This document shows, in pieces, positions 19,339 through 29,107 of a stretch of 31,125 nt of DNA. The position numbers and the translations under genes were made by a program. Where the stretch lies: positions 1 through 31,125 of the forward strand of contig JBPCLO010000047.1 in the NCBI GenBank assembly GCA_051003155.1, read 5' to 3'. Every line of letters begins with the position of its first letter. The first letter of the stretch is position 1. The DNA comes from Fimbriimonadales bacterium. GTDB taxonomy: Bacteria > Armatimonadota > Fimbriimonadia > Fimbriimonadales > ATM1. A model generated the notes under the pieces. That model was not told where the DNA came from and made no database searches. It was given only the letters and a program-made list of their open reading frames with translations.

Positions 19339-21945
19339 CTACTCAGAGGGCTTGGCGAGAAGAGGGTCCTGTATCAGGCGCAGCTTTTTGACCACGGTTT
19401 TGCCCCCGGCACTGAGCCGAACCGCGTAGACTCCCGGGTCTGCGGCCGGTGGCCCGCCTCGTCTGCCCCGGCCTTCTTCCTCGCCTTGTGCCGAACCGCG
19501 CAAATTCCAATATGCGACGCCGATACCCTTTGCGCAAGCTACGTTTTGCAACGTCGAGAAGACTGTGCCGTCCGCATTTAGAACCTCGAGCTTCGCGTCC
19601 TTTGCCTCGGACTTCAAGTAGTAGCTGATTCGCGCGCCAACGGGGGGATTGCGTCCCCAAAACCAGCCTTGGCCGTCCCCGTAACCGCCGCTGCGGTCCC
19701 TTGTCCACCGAACCGCGTCGACCATATCGAATAGGACGAGATCCTCTTGTAGAATCTTGGCGGTCGCCTGCTGAAGGGCCTCCACAGGCGCGATAAACAT
19801 GCCGCGGCCGTGTGTGGCCAAAATGATCTCGCGCTCGCGCGGATGAACGACAATATCGTGCACAGCGACCGTGGGCAGGTCCGATTTCCAACGGGTCCAT
19901 GTCTTGCCGCGATCGTTCGAAACGAACACGCCGAACTCGGTTCCTGCGAATAGCAGATTCTCGTTAACGGCGTCTTCCTCGATCACATAGACCGAGCCCA
20001 TCGGCATATTGGCGGCAATTTGGGACCAGGTCTTGCCAAAGTCTTCGGTGAGAAGGATGTACGGCTTCATATTCCCCGATCGGTGGCCGTCGAACGTGAC
20101 ATAACACCGCTCCAGTTTATGCTTGCTGGCTTCGACCCTGCTAACCCACGTATTCTTGGGCACGTCTGGAATGTTCGCTGTGACATTGGTCCAGTCGTAA
20201 CCGTCGTTTTGCGAAACTTGGACCAAGCCATCGTCGGTTCCGACCCATACGTTTCCCGGCATGCGCGGAGACTCGCTGATCGTGATGATCGTACAGTGGG
20301 TTTCGGCGCCGGTGTTCTCCGGACTGAGGCCGGCCATCTTCTTCTGCTTCTCCGGATCATTCGTCGTCAAATCGGGGCCCGCAATACGCCAGTTGTCGCC
20401 GCGGTCGATCGATTTAAAGAGTTTGTTGCCGCCGAACCAGACGATGCGCGGATTGTGTGGGCTCAAAACTATAGGGCTCGACCAGTTGAAGCGGTACGTT
20501 TCGCCTTGCGGCGGCCGGGGCCGGATGGATGCGCTAGCGCCTGTCCGCTTGTTTAGCCGGCTGATCCCTCCACCTTGGCTTTCGCTGTAAACCGTCTCGT
20601 TGTCCAACCAATCTACTTGCACGTGGAACCCGTCCCCGCCACCGACGCGGTACCAGTCGTAGTTTGCGATGCCGGCTCGGTTTCGGGACTGAGAAGGCCC
20701 GCCCCAGCTACCGTTATCTTGCAGGCCGCCATAGACGTGGTAGGGATAGGCCATGTCGTAACCGACCGCGTAGAACTGCGCGCCGACGATTGCGCCCATG
20801 TGCCGCCATGTTTGCCCTCCGTCCCAAGAGACCCCAGCGCCACCGTCGTTGCCGACCCACATGTGCTTCGAATTCGCTGGATCGATCCAAACCGCGTGAT
20901 AGTCCACGTGAAGCGAAGCGCGAACGGGTCGCCATGTTGCGCCGCCATCTTTGCTTTCCATTAGCTGCGTGCTCGTGGAATACAGGTGGTTTTCGTCGTT
21001 AGGATCGACCGCCAGTTCGTAGTAATAGAACGGCCTCGAATTAAAACGCCCAAACTTCTTCCAGGACTTGCCGGCGTCGTCGCTCCTGTAGAGTCCATCC
21101 TCACCTTTCTCGCCGGCTGTGCCCTCGACTAGCGCAAAGATGGTACTCGGATTCTTAGGATAGACAGCAAGGCCGATTTTGCCAGTTTCTCCCGCCGGCA
21201 AGCCGCCGGCCAGCTTCTTCCATTTCTTGCCGCCGTCCGTGCTCTTAAACACCCCGCCCGACTTCCCGCCGCTTCGAAAGGTGTAGGGAAACCTTCGACG
21301 CTCGTACATACCCGCATACAAAACGTTCGGGTTCTTCGGGTCGATAACGAGTTCCGTTGCGCCGGTATTCTCGTCGATGTAGAGGGTCTTGGTCCAAGTG
21401 GCGCCGCCGTCCTCGGTCATGTAAACACCGCGCTCCTCTCCGGCCGACCAAAGAGGACCGATTGCGGCGACCCAAGCTTTCTTGGGATCCTTGGGATGCG
21501 TAACTATCCGCGCGATCTGCTGGCTCTCGGTGAGCCCAACGTTGCGCCAGGTCTTCCCTGCATCGGCCGACACGTAAACGCCATTGCCCCAAGCCGAACT
21601 ATTGCGGTTGTTGGATTCGCCCGACCCGACCCAAACGATATTGCTGTCGGCTCGCGAGACCTGAACGCAGCCAATCGAAGCCGCCGGCTGGTCGTCGAAA
21701 ATCGGAGTCCAGACGACGCCGCCGCCCGTGGTCTTCCAGACGCCGCCCGAAGCGGTTGCGATGTAAACGGTTGCCGTGTCCTTCGGATCGACATCGATGT
21801 CCGCGATACGCCCGCTCATCGTCGCCGGCCCAATGCTGCGGAACTTCAGGTTCGCAAGTAGGTCCTCGGTCGTGCCTTGGGCATAGCAGATGGCGAACGT
21901 GGACAAGGCCGCAACGGTCGCGGCTAATCGACAGGAAAGACGCAT
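19339..21945 (-). CDS. Secreted VPS10/BNR (Asp-box) repeat glycosyl-hydrolase-like protein
   Basis: Signal peptide, FRSIGPATMSGRI, many S.DGG.TW Asp-boxes, GGLQDNG, ATHGRG; RBS gggag upstream of ATG 21945. Confidence 0.92.
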   Translation of the reverse strand: MRLSCRLAATVAALSTFAICYAQGTTEDLLANLKFRSIGPATMSGRIADIDVDPKDTATVYIATASGGVWKTTGGGVVWTPIFDDQPAASIGCVQVSRADSNIVWVGSGESNNRNSSAWGNGVYVSADAGKTWRNVGLTESQQIARIVTHPKDPKKAWVAAIGPLWSAGEERGVYMTEDGGATWTKTLYIDENTGATELVIDPKNPNVLYAGMYERRRFPYTFRSGGKSGGVFKSTDGGKKWKKLAGGLPAGETGKIGLAVYPKNPSTIFALVEGTAGEKGEDGLYRSDDAGKSWKKFGRFNSRPFYYYELAVDPNDENHLYSTSTQLMESKDGGATWRPVRASLHVDYHAVWIDPANSKHMWVGNDGGAGVSWDGGQTWRHMGAIVGAQFYAVGYDMAYPYHVYGGLQDNGSWGGPSQSRNRAGIANYDWYRVGGGDGFHVQVDWLDNETVYSESQGGGISRLNKRTGASASIRPRPPQGETYRFNWSSPIVLSPHNPRIVWFGGNKLFKSIDRGDNWRIAGPDLTTNDPEKQKKMAGLSPENTGAETHCTIITISESPRMPGNVWVGTDDGLVQVSQNDGYDWTNVTANIPDVPKNTWVSRVEASKHKLERCYVTFDGHRSGNMKPYILLTEDFGKTWSQIAANMPMGSVYVIEEDAVNENLLFAGTEFGVFVSNDRGKTWTRWKSDLPTVAVHDIVVHPREREIILATHGRGMFIAPVEALQQATAKILQEDLVLFDMVDAVRWTRDRSGGYGDGQGWFWGRNPPVGARISYYLKSEAKDAKLEVLNADGTVFSTLQNVACAKGIGVAYWNLRGSAQGEEEGRGRRGGPPAADPGVYAVRLSAGGKTVVKKLRLIQDPLLAKPSE

Positions 21946-22020
21946 TTGGGAACTCCCTCTCAGAATCAAAAATGGTGTGAGCCGCGAAATGCACGGCAAA
22001 GCGGACAACCGATTAACGAA

Positions 22021-22050
22021 AGCCGGGCCGGCAAAAGTTGCCTGGCCGCT
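22021..22050 (-). terminator. Probable intrinsic terminator after the S8 protease gene
   Basis: Minus strand agcggccaggcaa-ctt-ttgccggcccggct hairpin followed by ttcgtt, 20 bp past the stop. Confidence 0.5.
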
Positions 22051-22070
22051 GGAACGTTACCCCTTTTCCA

Positions 22071-23264
22071 CTAGTGAGGGAGCACCCGCATGGCGATCAC
22101 AAACCGCCGGACGTTGATCCTTTGTCCGATCTTCCCCGAATACTCGGGGTCGTTGAGTGGGTCGATGTCGTCACCTGTGGAGATCAGGAGATCGCGTAGA
22201 ATCTCCGGCAATATCCCGCGGCGCACGTATTCCAGTCCAATGGCGAGAGTTGCAGCGGCCATCGGCGACGAGAAGGAGGTCCCGGACCATATAGCCATAT
22301 TTCCATCCCAATAGAAGCTCTTGATTCCGGTTCCCGGGGCGGCCATGTCGACCGAGCTGTCCCAGTTACTGAATGGCGCTTTGAGGTTTTGCGGATCGAT
22401 TGCGCTCACACTGAGCATCTCGCTATAGGATGCCGGAAAGAATGCGCTTGGTAATCCGTTGTTTCCGGCCGCGCCCACGATCAGGATGCCGCGCGTTTCG
22501 GTCCAATCGAGAAAGTCGCTCATAGCATTGATTGATTCGAGCGAGCCAAGGCTGACGTTAGCTACTTCCGCTCCGGAGGTGACCGCGAAGGCGATTCCCT
22601 TGATGAGCCGCCAAGCGGTTGTGTATCCGTCGCTGTCCGCCACCCTGACGACAATCAGCTTTGAATGAGGAGCCATTTGCGCGATGATTCCCGACACCAT
22701 CGTCCCATGGCCGGCCGCCTCATCGAAAAACCCATTGCCGTTCGTGTCGACGCCGCGAGGCAGGTCGAAGGCATGCAGGTTCGACTCAACCATATTGGCG
22801 CTTGCCACGACGGACTCCCAGAGAAAAGGCTGTCGGGGCGATAGTCCGGTGTCCAGCACTGCGACGCGCACTTCTCGCATCGCAAAGGCCGAACCGTTTG
22901 GTATCCAGTTGATCTGGGCTAAGAACGCAGCGTTCAACTCATAGAAGGCGTTGGGATCACCCACGGCCCCAATCGTGGTGGCCTTCCCTGCCCCGCTGTG
23001 CTCAGGCATCTCGAGGTCTTCATCTTCCTCAGCCCACACTACGCTGGGATGCAATTCCATCGCCGCTTCCACTTCTTCGGGATCCTGTCCTTGAGGCACT
23101 CCGAAGTAAGCAAACGGCGCCTGCGGAGTTACGTCGATCAGCGTTAGGTCGAATGCAGCCGCGATTTCCTTAGGGTCGGCGCCCGGCGCCAGTTCGGCCA
23201 TGATTTCCGCCGTCCAAGAACTCGCCGCAAGGCAAACAACAACGCTAGCTAAGTATTTTTTCAT
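22071..23264 (-). CDS. Exported S8 (subtilisin-family) serine protease
   Basis: Triad motifs VAVLDTG, GHGTMVSG, GTSFSSP; oxyanion AAGN; N-terminal signal peptide and prodomain-like segment. Confidence 0.93.
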   Translation of the reverse strand: MKKYLASVVVCLAASSWTAEIMAELAPGADPKEIAAAFDLTLIDVTPQAPFAYFGVPQGQDPEEVEAAMELHPSVVWAEEDEDLEMPEHSGAGKATTIGAVGDPNAFYELNAAFLAQINWIPNGSAFAMREVRVAVLDTGLSPRQPFLWESVVASANMVESNLHAFDLPRGVDTNGNGFFDEAAGHGTMVSGIIAQMAPHSKLIVVRVADSDGYTTAWRLIKGIAFAVTSGAEVANVSLGSLESINAMSDFLDWTETRGILIVGAAGNNGLPSAFFPASYSEMLSVSAIDPQNLKAPFSNWDSSVDMAAPGTGIKSFYWDGNMAIWSGTSFSSPMAAATLAIGLEYVRRGILPEILRDLLISTGDDIDPLNDPEYSGKIGQRINVRRFVIAMRVLPH

Positions 23265-23265
23265 G

Positions 23266-25968
23266 TTATTTATCTCGATTGACGTAGCCGCCGAATAACA
23301 CCAGCGGGGCCCAGAAATAAGGGTGTTCCTGGATCTGGCGTCCCGTAGCCCTGGCGGCCCGCAGGGAATCTTTTAGAGTTTTCTTAGAGGACAACTCTCT
23401 ATAATACGCCGTCATCATCTCGCTGGCGACGAGGTCATCCAAGGGCCATGCGCTAGCGACGACCGCCTGCGCGCCCCGAGACATAAACGCCCGCACGAGC
23501 CCGTCGGGTTCCATCTTCGACCGAAAGGACAATCGGCCGGTGTCGCACGCCGACAACGTTACGAGACGCACGCCCAGATGACTGCGAGCGATATCTGCCG
23601 CGTATATTCTTCCGCCGGCCAGTTCGATGCTCGAAAACATAGGGTTGTCGAACCGAACGACAGAGTGGCCCGCGACATGCAGCAGGTCTAGAGAACGCGA
23701 TTCCATCATGGCCATTGCGTCATCGGTGGTAACGGCCACCGCGGCGCCCGGGAAGCAGTTCAGAAACGCTTCCGTCTCCGCTCGGACGTGCGGTAGACTC
23801 TCGCTCCCGAACGACCATATCGCAGCTTTAGGGTTTGCCGGCAGAGTTGCGTTACCTGCTTCGGCTCCGAAGAGTGGACTGGGCAAGAGTATGGGCTCGG
23901 CGACTTCGGTTTCGAGGTTCAGAAGTGCTTGCCACGGTACGTTCCAAAGCGCCCCGTCCGGCGAGATCGGCATTGTCGAAACCGACTCCCCGAGCCATGG
24001 ATCCAGCACTTTCCTCTTGAGGTCGCACAGTGACTCCATTATGGCTCTTGACGATGCGTCTCGCTCGGCCATCGGAGCCAGGAGATCGAACTCGAACCAT
24101 TGAAGGCTCGCATCTAGTTCTCCCTTCGAGATTGGAAGCTTCGTAGAGAGCCCGTTGCGGATTGCGTAGTATCCGCCTTGCGCTTCCGCGAAGACTACGG
24201 CATTCGGGGCAGGCAGGTGTGCTTGGCCGAGGAATAATCCCGCGGAATGGTTAAGCTCAAACCAGCGACGTCGGAGTCGGTTCAGCCGCCCGCGCGGCAT
24301 CGGTGCGCGCCGAATCGTCGATCCGGGTATGTCGGCATCGGTTTCTATGTTGATTTCTGCGCGAATCTCGGACAGCTTTAGTGAAACTTCTTCTGATAAC
24401 GTGGCCCCCGATGACGACAGAATCTCGTCGATCAGTGCGACCGAGCGCGAACGGGAGACGACGCCAATGGCCTCCTTCACGAGTGCGCGCGCATGACGAC
24501 TTGACAGGCCCTCTGCGGGCGCTAATAGTGCGTCCAGGTAAGCCGACAAGGCGACGGTTTTGTCGCGCATGTATGCCGCACGTGAAACGACGCTCGACGT
24601 GGCGAGCCGCGCTTCCAGGATTTCACGAAACATTCTTCGATAAATTGAGCGCTTCTGTCTCGCATCATGCGCTGCACGCGCCCGAATGAACGAAACCTGC
24701 CACGCCAGGCCATGGTAACCCCGGGCGTTGATTACGCGTGCGGCTGCTAGAACCAGGTCATGAGGCCGATTGTCCGATCCTGCGGTGAGCGACCCATGGG
24801 CCAGCCTGGCTTTACAGAGCTGATAAGGCGAACCCGATTTCTCTAGTTGCCGCAGAGCGGCCTCGCTTTGAGCGATCGCTTGTTTGGTCCGACCCAGGGC
24901 CAGCAGCGCCTCCGAAAGCACAACACGCGCCGCGCCAGCCCAAGTCTCATTGCCAAGCCTGTCATAGGCGCGCGACGCTGCCAACAGGTGTGGCCGAGCG
25001 GCGTTTGCATCGCCCATCCCCAAATGGGCAAGCCCAACTCCGAAGTTCCGGTTCGTGCGATTTAGTGGTGTTTGCGAGTTGGTGGGAGAAGCCAGGGCGC
25101 TTTGGAACGCCTCCAATGCCTCTTCGTGCATATTCAGCACCAAGTAGGCGTCGCCAAGAAACTCTTCGACTCTCGCTGCGTCTGTTTCTGAGCTCCGTGA
25201 TATCGCATCCCGTAGCTCGAGCAACGTCGCAAGCGCCTCGTCCGGTTTACCGGCGAGCAGTGAAGTGTGAGCGACGTTGAGACGACAAAGGTCGGCCGAG
25301 AATGTGTCGCCGATCGACTCGAAAGATCGCTTAGCTTCCTCGGCAGCGGATGTCGATTCGATCAGATCGCCGCCGAAGAGTGAGCAACCCGAGACCCCTA
25401 GGAGTGCAGCCGCTCTTTCACGCTCGAATTCGGGCGCGCCGAGCCCCGTAAGCGCTTTTTGAAACCAACCCCGAGCACGCCGGTAAAGGTCCCGCCACAA
25501 GAGGGCATTTCCAACATTGAGCCTGACGCGTGCCGCGAGGTCTGTGCGGCCGTGCTTATCAAGGCCGCGCGCAAGCCGCGCTCCCAAGGCGACAGCCTCA
25601 TCGACCTTCCCAGCGCGAGCCAAGGAATCGACTGCGCCCGTTTGAAACGACAGCTTCGCCACGGAGTCCTTCGTGGCTGCCCCGGCCATCTTGAAGGATT
25701 GGACGCTCTTGACCCAGTCGCCGCTGGCCCTCTCGCCCACTGCTTTTGCCCGATACGTCAACCCACGGTCGTCGCCGAATTCGAGGAGGGCTCGCCAATG
25801 GCCGGCAAAACGGGCCGCGGCCGACGGATCAATGCTCAGAAGTTCGATCGTTCTAGAAAAAAACGCAAAAGACAGTCCTTCCGTCTTTCCGTTCTGACTT
25901 AGTATCCGGCGCCCCTCCGAGGGGTCGGCCGACTCCAAGCGGCTAATCAGCGCCTTGGGATTCACCAT
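23266..25968 (-). CDS. TPR-CHAT domain protein (caspase HetF-associated protease)
   Basis: Long TPR-like helical N-terminus; CHAT motifs ISPDGALWNVPW, LHVAGH, LVTLSACDTG, GAQAVVASAWP..D, HPYFWAPLVLFG. Confidence 0.92.
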   Translation of the reverse strand: MVNPKALISRLESADPSEGRRILSQNGKTEGLSFAFFSRTIELLSIDPSAAARFAGHWRALLEFGDDRGLTYRAKAVGERASGDWVKSVQSFKMAGAATKDSVAKLSFQTGAVDSLARAGKVDEAVALGARLARGLDKHGRTDLAARVRLNVGNALLWRDLYRRARGWFQKALTGLGAPEFERERAAALLGVSGCSLFGGDLIESTSAAEEAKRSFESIGDTFSADLCRLNVAHTSLLAGKPDEALATLLELRDAISRSSETDAARVEEFLGDAYLVLNMHEEALEAFQSALASPTNSQTPLNRTNRNFGVGLAHLGMGDANAARPHLLAASRAYDRLGNETWAGAARVVLSEALLALGRTKQAIAQSEAALRQLEKSGSPYQLCKARLAHGSLTAGSDNRPHDLVLAAARVINARGYHGLAWQVSFIRARAAHDARQKRSIYRRMFREILEARLATSSVVSRAAYMRDKTVALSAYLDALLAPAEGLSSRHARALVKEAIGVVSRSRSVALIDEILSSSGATLSEEVSLKLSEIRAEINIETDADIPGSTIRRAPMPRGRLNRLRRRWFELNHSAGLFLGQAHLPAPNAVVFAEAQGGYYAIRNGLSTKLPISKGELDASLQWFEFDLLAPMAERDASSRAIMESLCDLKRKVLDPWLGESVSTMPISPDGALWNVPWQALLNLETEVAEPILLPSPLFGAEAGNATLPANPKAAIWSFGSESLPHVRAETEAFLNCFPGAAVAVTTDDAMAMMESRSLDLLHVAGHSVVRFDNPMFSSIELAGGRIYAADIARSHLGVRLVTLSACDTGRLSFRSKMEPDGLVRAFMSRGAQAVVASAWPLDDLVASEMMTAYYRELSSKKTLKDSLRAARATGRQIQEHPYFWAPLVLFGGYVNRDK

Positions 25969-26497
25969 CGTCCACATCGGCCGGCGGGATATGCAGGGTA
26001 TCGCTTGCGCTGACGAGTCTCAAACGCGTGTCCGCAAGGGTGTCCGCCATGAAAATGAAGCGGCCATCCTCAGAAACTGGAAGCTCGCCGCTTTCCGTCT
26101 CGACACTCCATCCAGCGGCGGGATCGATTCGGCCCATGATCTCCCACAAGGTCCCGGCAAACCGGTATTGCAGGCGAGCCTCGACATCACCTCGTCGAAA
26201 AACTAGCTGAAAGGTTTCGCCCCGATCTCGGCGAGCGCCGCTCGCTTGCCGGCTGCTGGCGGAAAGCTGCATTGGGGTAACCGGGCGCCTAGAAGGACGA
26301 ATATTCAGCGCTCGCCGCATTGCATCTTCGGGTGCGTCTGCAAATCCGATTGCCATACGGGACATAACCCGTCGGAACTGGCTCAATGCAGCAGCGCATG
26401 CTTCGCATCGTTCTACGTGGTCCGCGGCCGTCAGGCTCTCGCGCCCTATCGCGAGGTCCACCAGGCCGTCCAACGATTCAGGACAAGGATTTCGCAT
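25943..26497 (-). CDS. Putative soluble zinc-finger (zf-HC, HxxxCxxC) anti-sigma factor
   Basis: HVERCEAC near the N-terminus plus an upstream Cys; directly downstream of the ECF sigma; no TM; beta-rich C-terminal domain. Confidence 0.7.
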   Translation of the reverse strand: MRNPCPESLDGLVDLAIGRESLTAADHVERCEACAAALSQFRRVMSRMAIGFADAPEDAMRRALNIRPSRRPVTPMQLSASSRQASGARRDRGETFQLVFRRGDVEARLQYRFAGTLWEIMGRIDPAAGWSVETESGELPVSEDGRFIFMADTLADTRLRLVSASDTLHIPPADVDDGESQGAD

Positions 26498-26542
26498 GGC
26501 AATGGTAGAGAGCTTGTTTCGCGTTCATAAATACGTTGATTG

Positions 26543-27121
26543 TCAAAAGAAGTCGTTGTCCGCTAGTGTCTTTCTGAGCTTGTCGAGACACCTGGACCTC
26601 GTCGGCCCGATCGCTCCCACAGGCATTCCTGTTCGTTCGGAGACTTCTGAATAAGCAACGTCGTTTTCGAAGAACAGTAGGGACAGGAGTTCACGACATT
26701 TCTTATCCATACCACCAACGGCCGATCTCACGACTTCAGCCTCCACCGCGTCGATCGCCGATGCTTCCGCCGACCGCTCTTCCGAAGCGACTACCTCGTC
26801 CAACGACAACTTATCGGATTCGCTCACCGTTTGGTGCGACCCGGCAATGCGCTTGATGCGAAGCGCTTCCCTCGAAGCAGTGACGGATAGCCACTTCGGA
26901 AGGGCGGCGGCTTGCTCTATCCGATCGATATTTGCAGCCAAGGCGACGAAGGTAGTTTGGAACACATCGGCGCAGTCTTCCCTGCCGAGTCGCATACGGG
27001 TTGGGATCGAGTACACTAAGTTCTGGTACTTTTGTACCAAGGCTGACCAAGCCGCTTGATCGCCTATCCGACATTTGGCGAAGATCTTGTCCACATTATC
27101 GTGTTGGTTTTCGATTAACAA
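26543..27121 (-). CDS. ECF-type RNA polymerase sigma-70 factor
   Basis: GDQAAW..LV..Y..LVY, DVFQ.TF..L, WL...A.RE (region 2); SYxE-like AYSEVS...GMPVGAIGPTRSRCLDKLR (region 4); TTG start inferred (alternative GTG 27094). Confidence 0.93.
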   Translation of the reverse strand: MLIENQHDNVDKIFAKCRIGDQAAWSALVQKYQNLVYSIPTRMRLGREDCADVFQTTFVALAANIDRIEQAAALPKWLSVTASREALRIKRIAGSHQTVSESDKLSLDEVVASEERSAEASAIDAVEAEVVRSAVGGMDKKCRELLSLLFFENDVAYSEVSERTGMPVGAIGPTRSRCLDKLRKTLADNDFF

Positions 27122-27140
27122 CGGGTGAGAATTGTAGCCG

Positions 27141-29078
27141 CTACACCAGCGAAAGCGCCGTGTCGGCGACCCTTTCCGCTGTAAGTCCGAACTCCTCGTA
27201 GATTCGCTTGTAAGGCGCGCTCGCTCCAAAGTGGTCGAGCCCAATTGCCTTGCCAGATGAACCGATCCACCGTTCCCAGCCGAGCGTGGCTCCCGCCTCG
27301 ACGCTCACTCGCGCCGTAACCGAGGGTGGCAGCACGGAGTCCCGGTACTCCTGCGGCTGCTCCCCGAACAGCTCCCAGCAGGGAATGCTCACGACACGCG
27401 TCGGTATGCCTTCAGCTTCAAGCATCTCGCGTGCGTCGACGCAAATGGAAACCTCCGATCCCGTTGCGACAAGTATAACCCTGGGATCACTGGATGCTTC
27501 CCTCAGAACGTACCCGCCGCACAATCCGCCCTCGATTCCGGGCGAAAGCGGCGGCACCGGCTGGCGGGTCAGCACGAGCGCCGTCGGCCCCCTGTTGCGC
27601 TCTAAAGCAATTTTCCAAGCCGCGGCTGTTTCGTTTGCGTCGGCCGGTCGAAACACCGCTAGGTTGGGAATCGCCCTTAGCCCCATCAGGTGTTCGATCG
27701 GCTGGTGCGTTGGCCCGTCTTCGCCGAGGCCGATGCTGTCATGCGTAAACACGAATATCGAACTCAATTGCATAAGCGCAGCCAGCCGAACGGCCGGCCT
27801 CATATAATCGCTGAAGATCAAAAACGTTCCGCCGAACGCGCGAAACCCACCATGCAGATTCAGGCCGTTGAGTGCGCAAGCCATAGCATGCTCGCGAACT
27901 CCGAAGTGAATATTGCGACCCATCCTACTCCCGGCGGAGAATGTGTCACCAGCGATGATTTCAGTCTGATTGGACTCAGTTAGGTCTGCGCTTCCCCCCA
28001 CAAGCTGCTGCGCGCCCTTAGATATCGCGTTGATAATCTTGCCGCTGGAAGCCCGGGTAGCCATGGCGCCTTCGAACACGGGCAAATGGCGTTCCCACGA
28101 GTGGTCCATCTCGCCCGCCAAGCGCTTCTTCAAAGCCTCATCGATCTTGCTTTCTGACGCGATCCGCTCTTGCCGGCACCTCGTGCCCAACTTCAGCATT
28201 CGTTCCCGAACTTCGCCGGGCACCAGGAAATGCGGTTCGAGGGGAATCCCAAGAGCGATTTTGCTGGTCTTAACCTCCTCGATGCCCAGCGGCGATCCGT
28301 GGGACTGCTCACTGTCCGCCTTATTGGGACTGCCGTAACCGATCGTCGTTGTGCAGACGATCAACGACGGGCGCTCGTCCCCCTTCGCCTCAGCGATCCG
28401 CTGATCTACTTGGTCAACGTCCATCCCATCGCACTTCGACACGTGCCAGCCATACGCGGCGAACCGCCCGGCAACGTCGTCGGAATAGGTAAGGTCCGTT
28501 TTGCCGTCGATCGTGACGCGGTTCGAATCGTAGAGATAAACCAGCCGGCCCAGCTGCAGGTGGCCGGCTAGCGAAGCCGCTTCGTGGCTTACGCCCTCCA
28601 TCAGATCGCCGTCGCTGCAGATCGCGTATGTCCAATGGCCCACATGGACTGGGAACTCGGCGCGCAGCATCTCCTCTGCAATCGCCATCCCGACACCTGT
28701 CGCGAACCCCTGTCCGAGGGGCCCCGTCGCCATTTCGACGCCCGGAGTCATAAAGTTCTCGGGGTGTCCGGGGGTCTTGCTTCCCCACTGGCGGAAGTTC
28801 TTGATATCTTCGAGGCTCAGGTCGTAGCCCGTGAGATACAGCAGGCTGTAGAGCAGCATGCTCCCGTGTCCCGCGCTGAGAATGAACCTATCTCTGTTGA
28901 ACCATTCCGGCGCTTCGGGGTCGAAGCGGAGGTGCCTCGCGAAGAGCGCGTAGCCCATCGCAGCTGCACCCATCGGCAGGCCGGGGTGCCCGCTGTTGGC
29001 CGCCTGGACAGCGTCCATCGAAAGGCCGCGAATCGTGTTAAGGGTGAGTTGGGTCTCGACCGCCTCTCCGGTGGGCAT
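27141..29078 (-). CDS. tkt: Transketolase
   Basis: [58 protein letters not shown]. Confidence 0.98.
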   Translation of the reverse strand: MPTGEAVETQLTLNTIRGLSMDAVQAANSGHPGLPMGAAAMGYALFARHLRFDPEAPEWFNRDRFILSAGHGSMLLYSLLYLTGYDLSLEDIKNFRQWGSKTPGHPENFMTPGVEMATGPLGQGFATGVGMAIAEEMLRAEFPVHVGHWTYAICSDGDLMEGVSHEAASLAGHLQLGRLVYLYDSNRVTIDGKTDLTYSDDVAGRFAAYGWHVSKCDGMDVDQVDQRIAEAKGDERPSLIVCTTTIGYGSPNKADSEQSHGSPLGIEEVKTSKIALGIPLEPHFLVPGEVRERMLKLGTRCRQERIASESKIDEALKKRLAGEMDHSWERHLPVFEGAMATRASSGKIINAISKGAQQLVGGSADLTESNQTEIIAGDTFSAGSRMGRNIHFGVREHAMACALNGLNLHGGFRAFGGTFLIFSDYMRPAVRLAALMQLSSIFVFTHDSIGLGEDGPTHQPIEHLMGLRAIPNLAVFRPADANETAAAWKIALERNRGPTALVLTRQPVPPLSPGIEGGLCGGYVLREASSDPRVILVATGSEVSICVDAREMLEAEGIPTRVVSIPCWELFGEQPQEYRDSVLPPSVTARVSVEAGATLGWERWIGSSGKAIGLDHFGASAPYKRIYEEFGLTAERVADTALSLV

Positions 29079-29107
29079 GGGTGCAATCGTACCCGCCGGA
29101 TTGCCGC

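Noticed and set aside
26498..26545. TTGACA overlapping the sigma stop codon as an internal promoter
   Set aside because: No -10 at 16-18 bp spacing, and an ECF-specific motif cannot be defined from one example.
27122..27244. N-terminal extension of the ECF sigma in the ORF track
   Set aside because: Overlaps the tkt 3' end; a -10-like hexamer and the sigma domain start favour 27121 or 27094.
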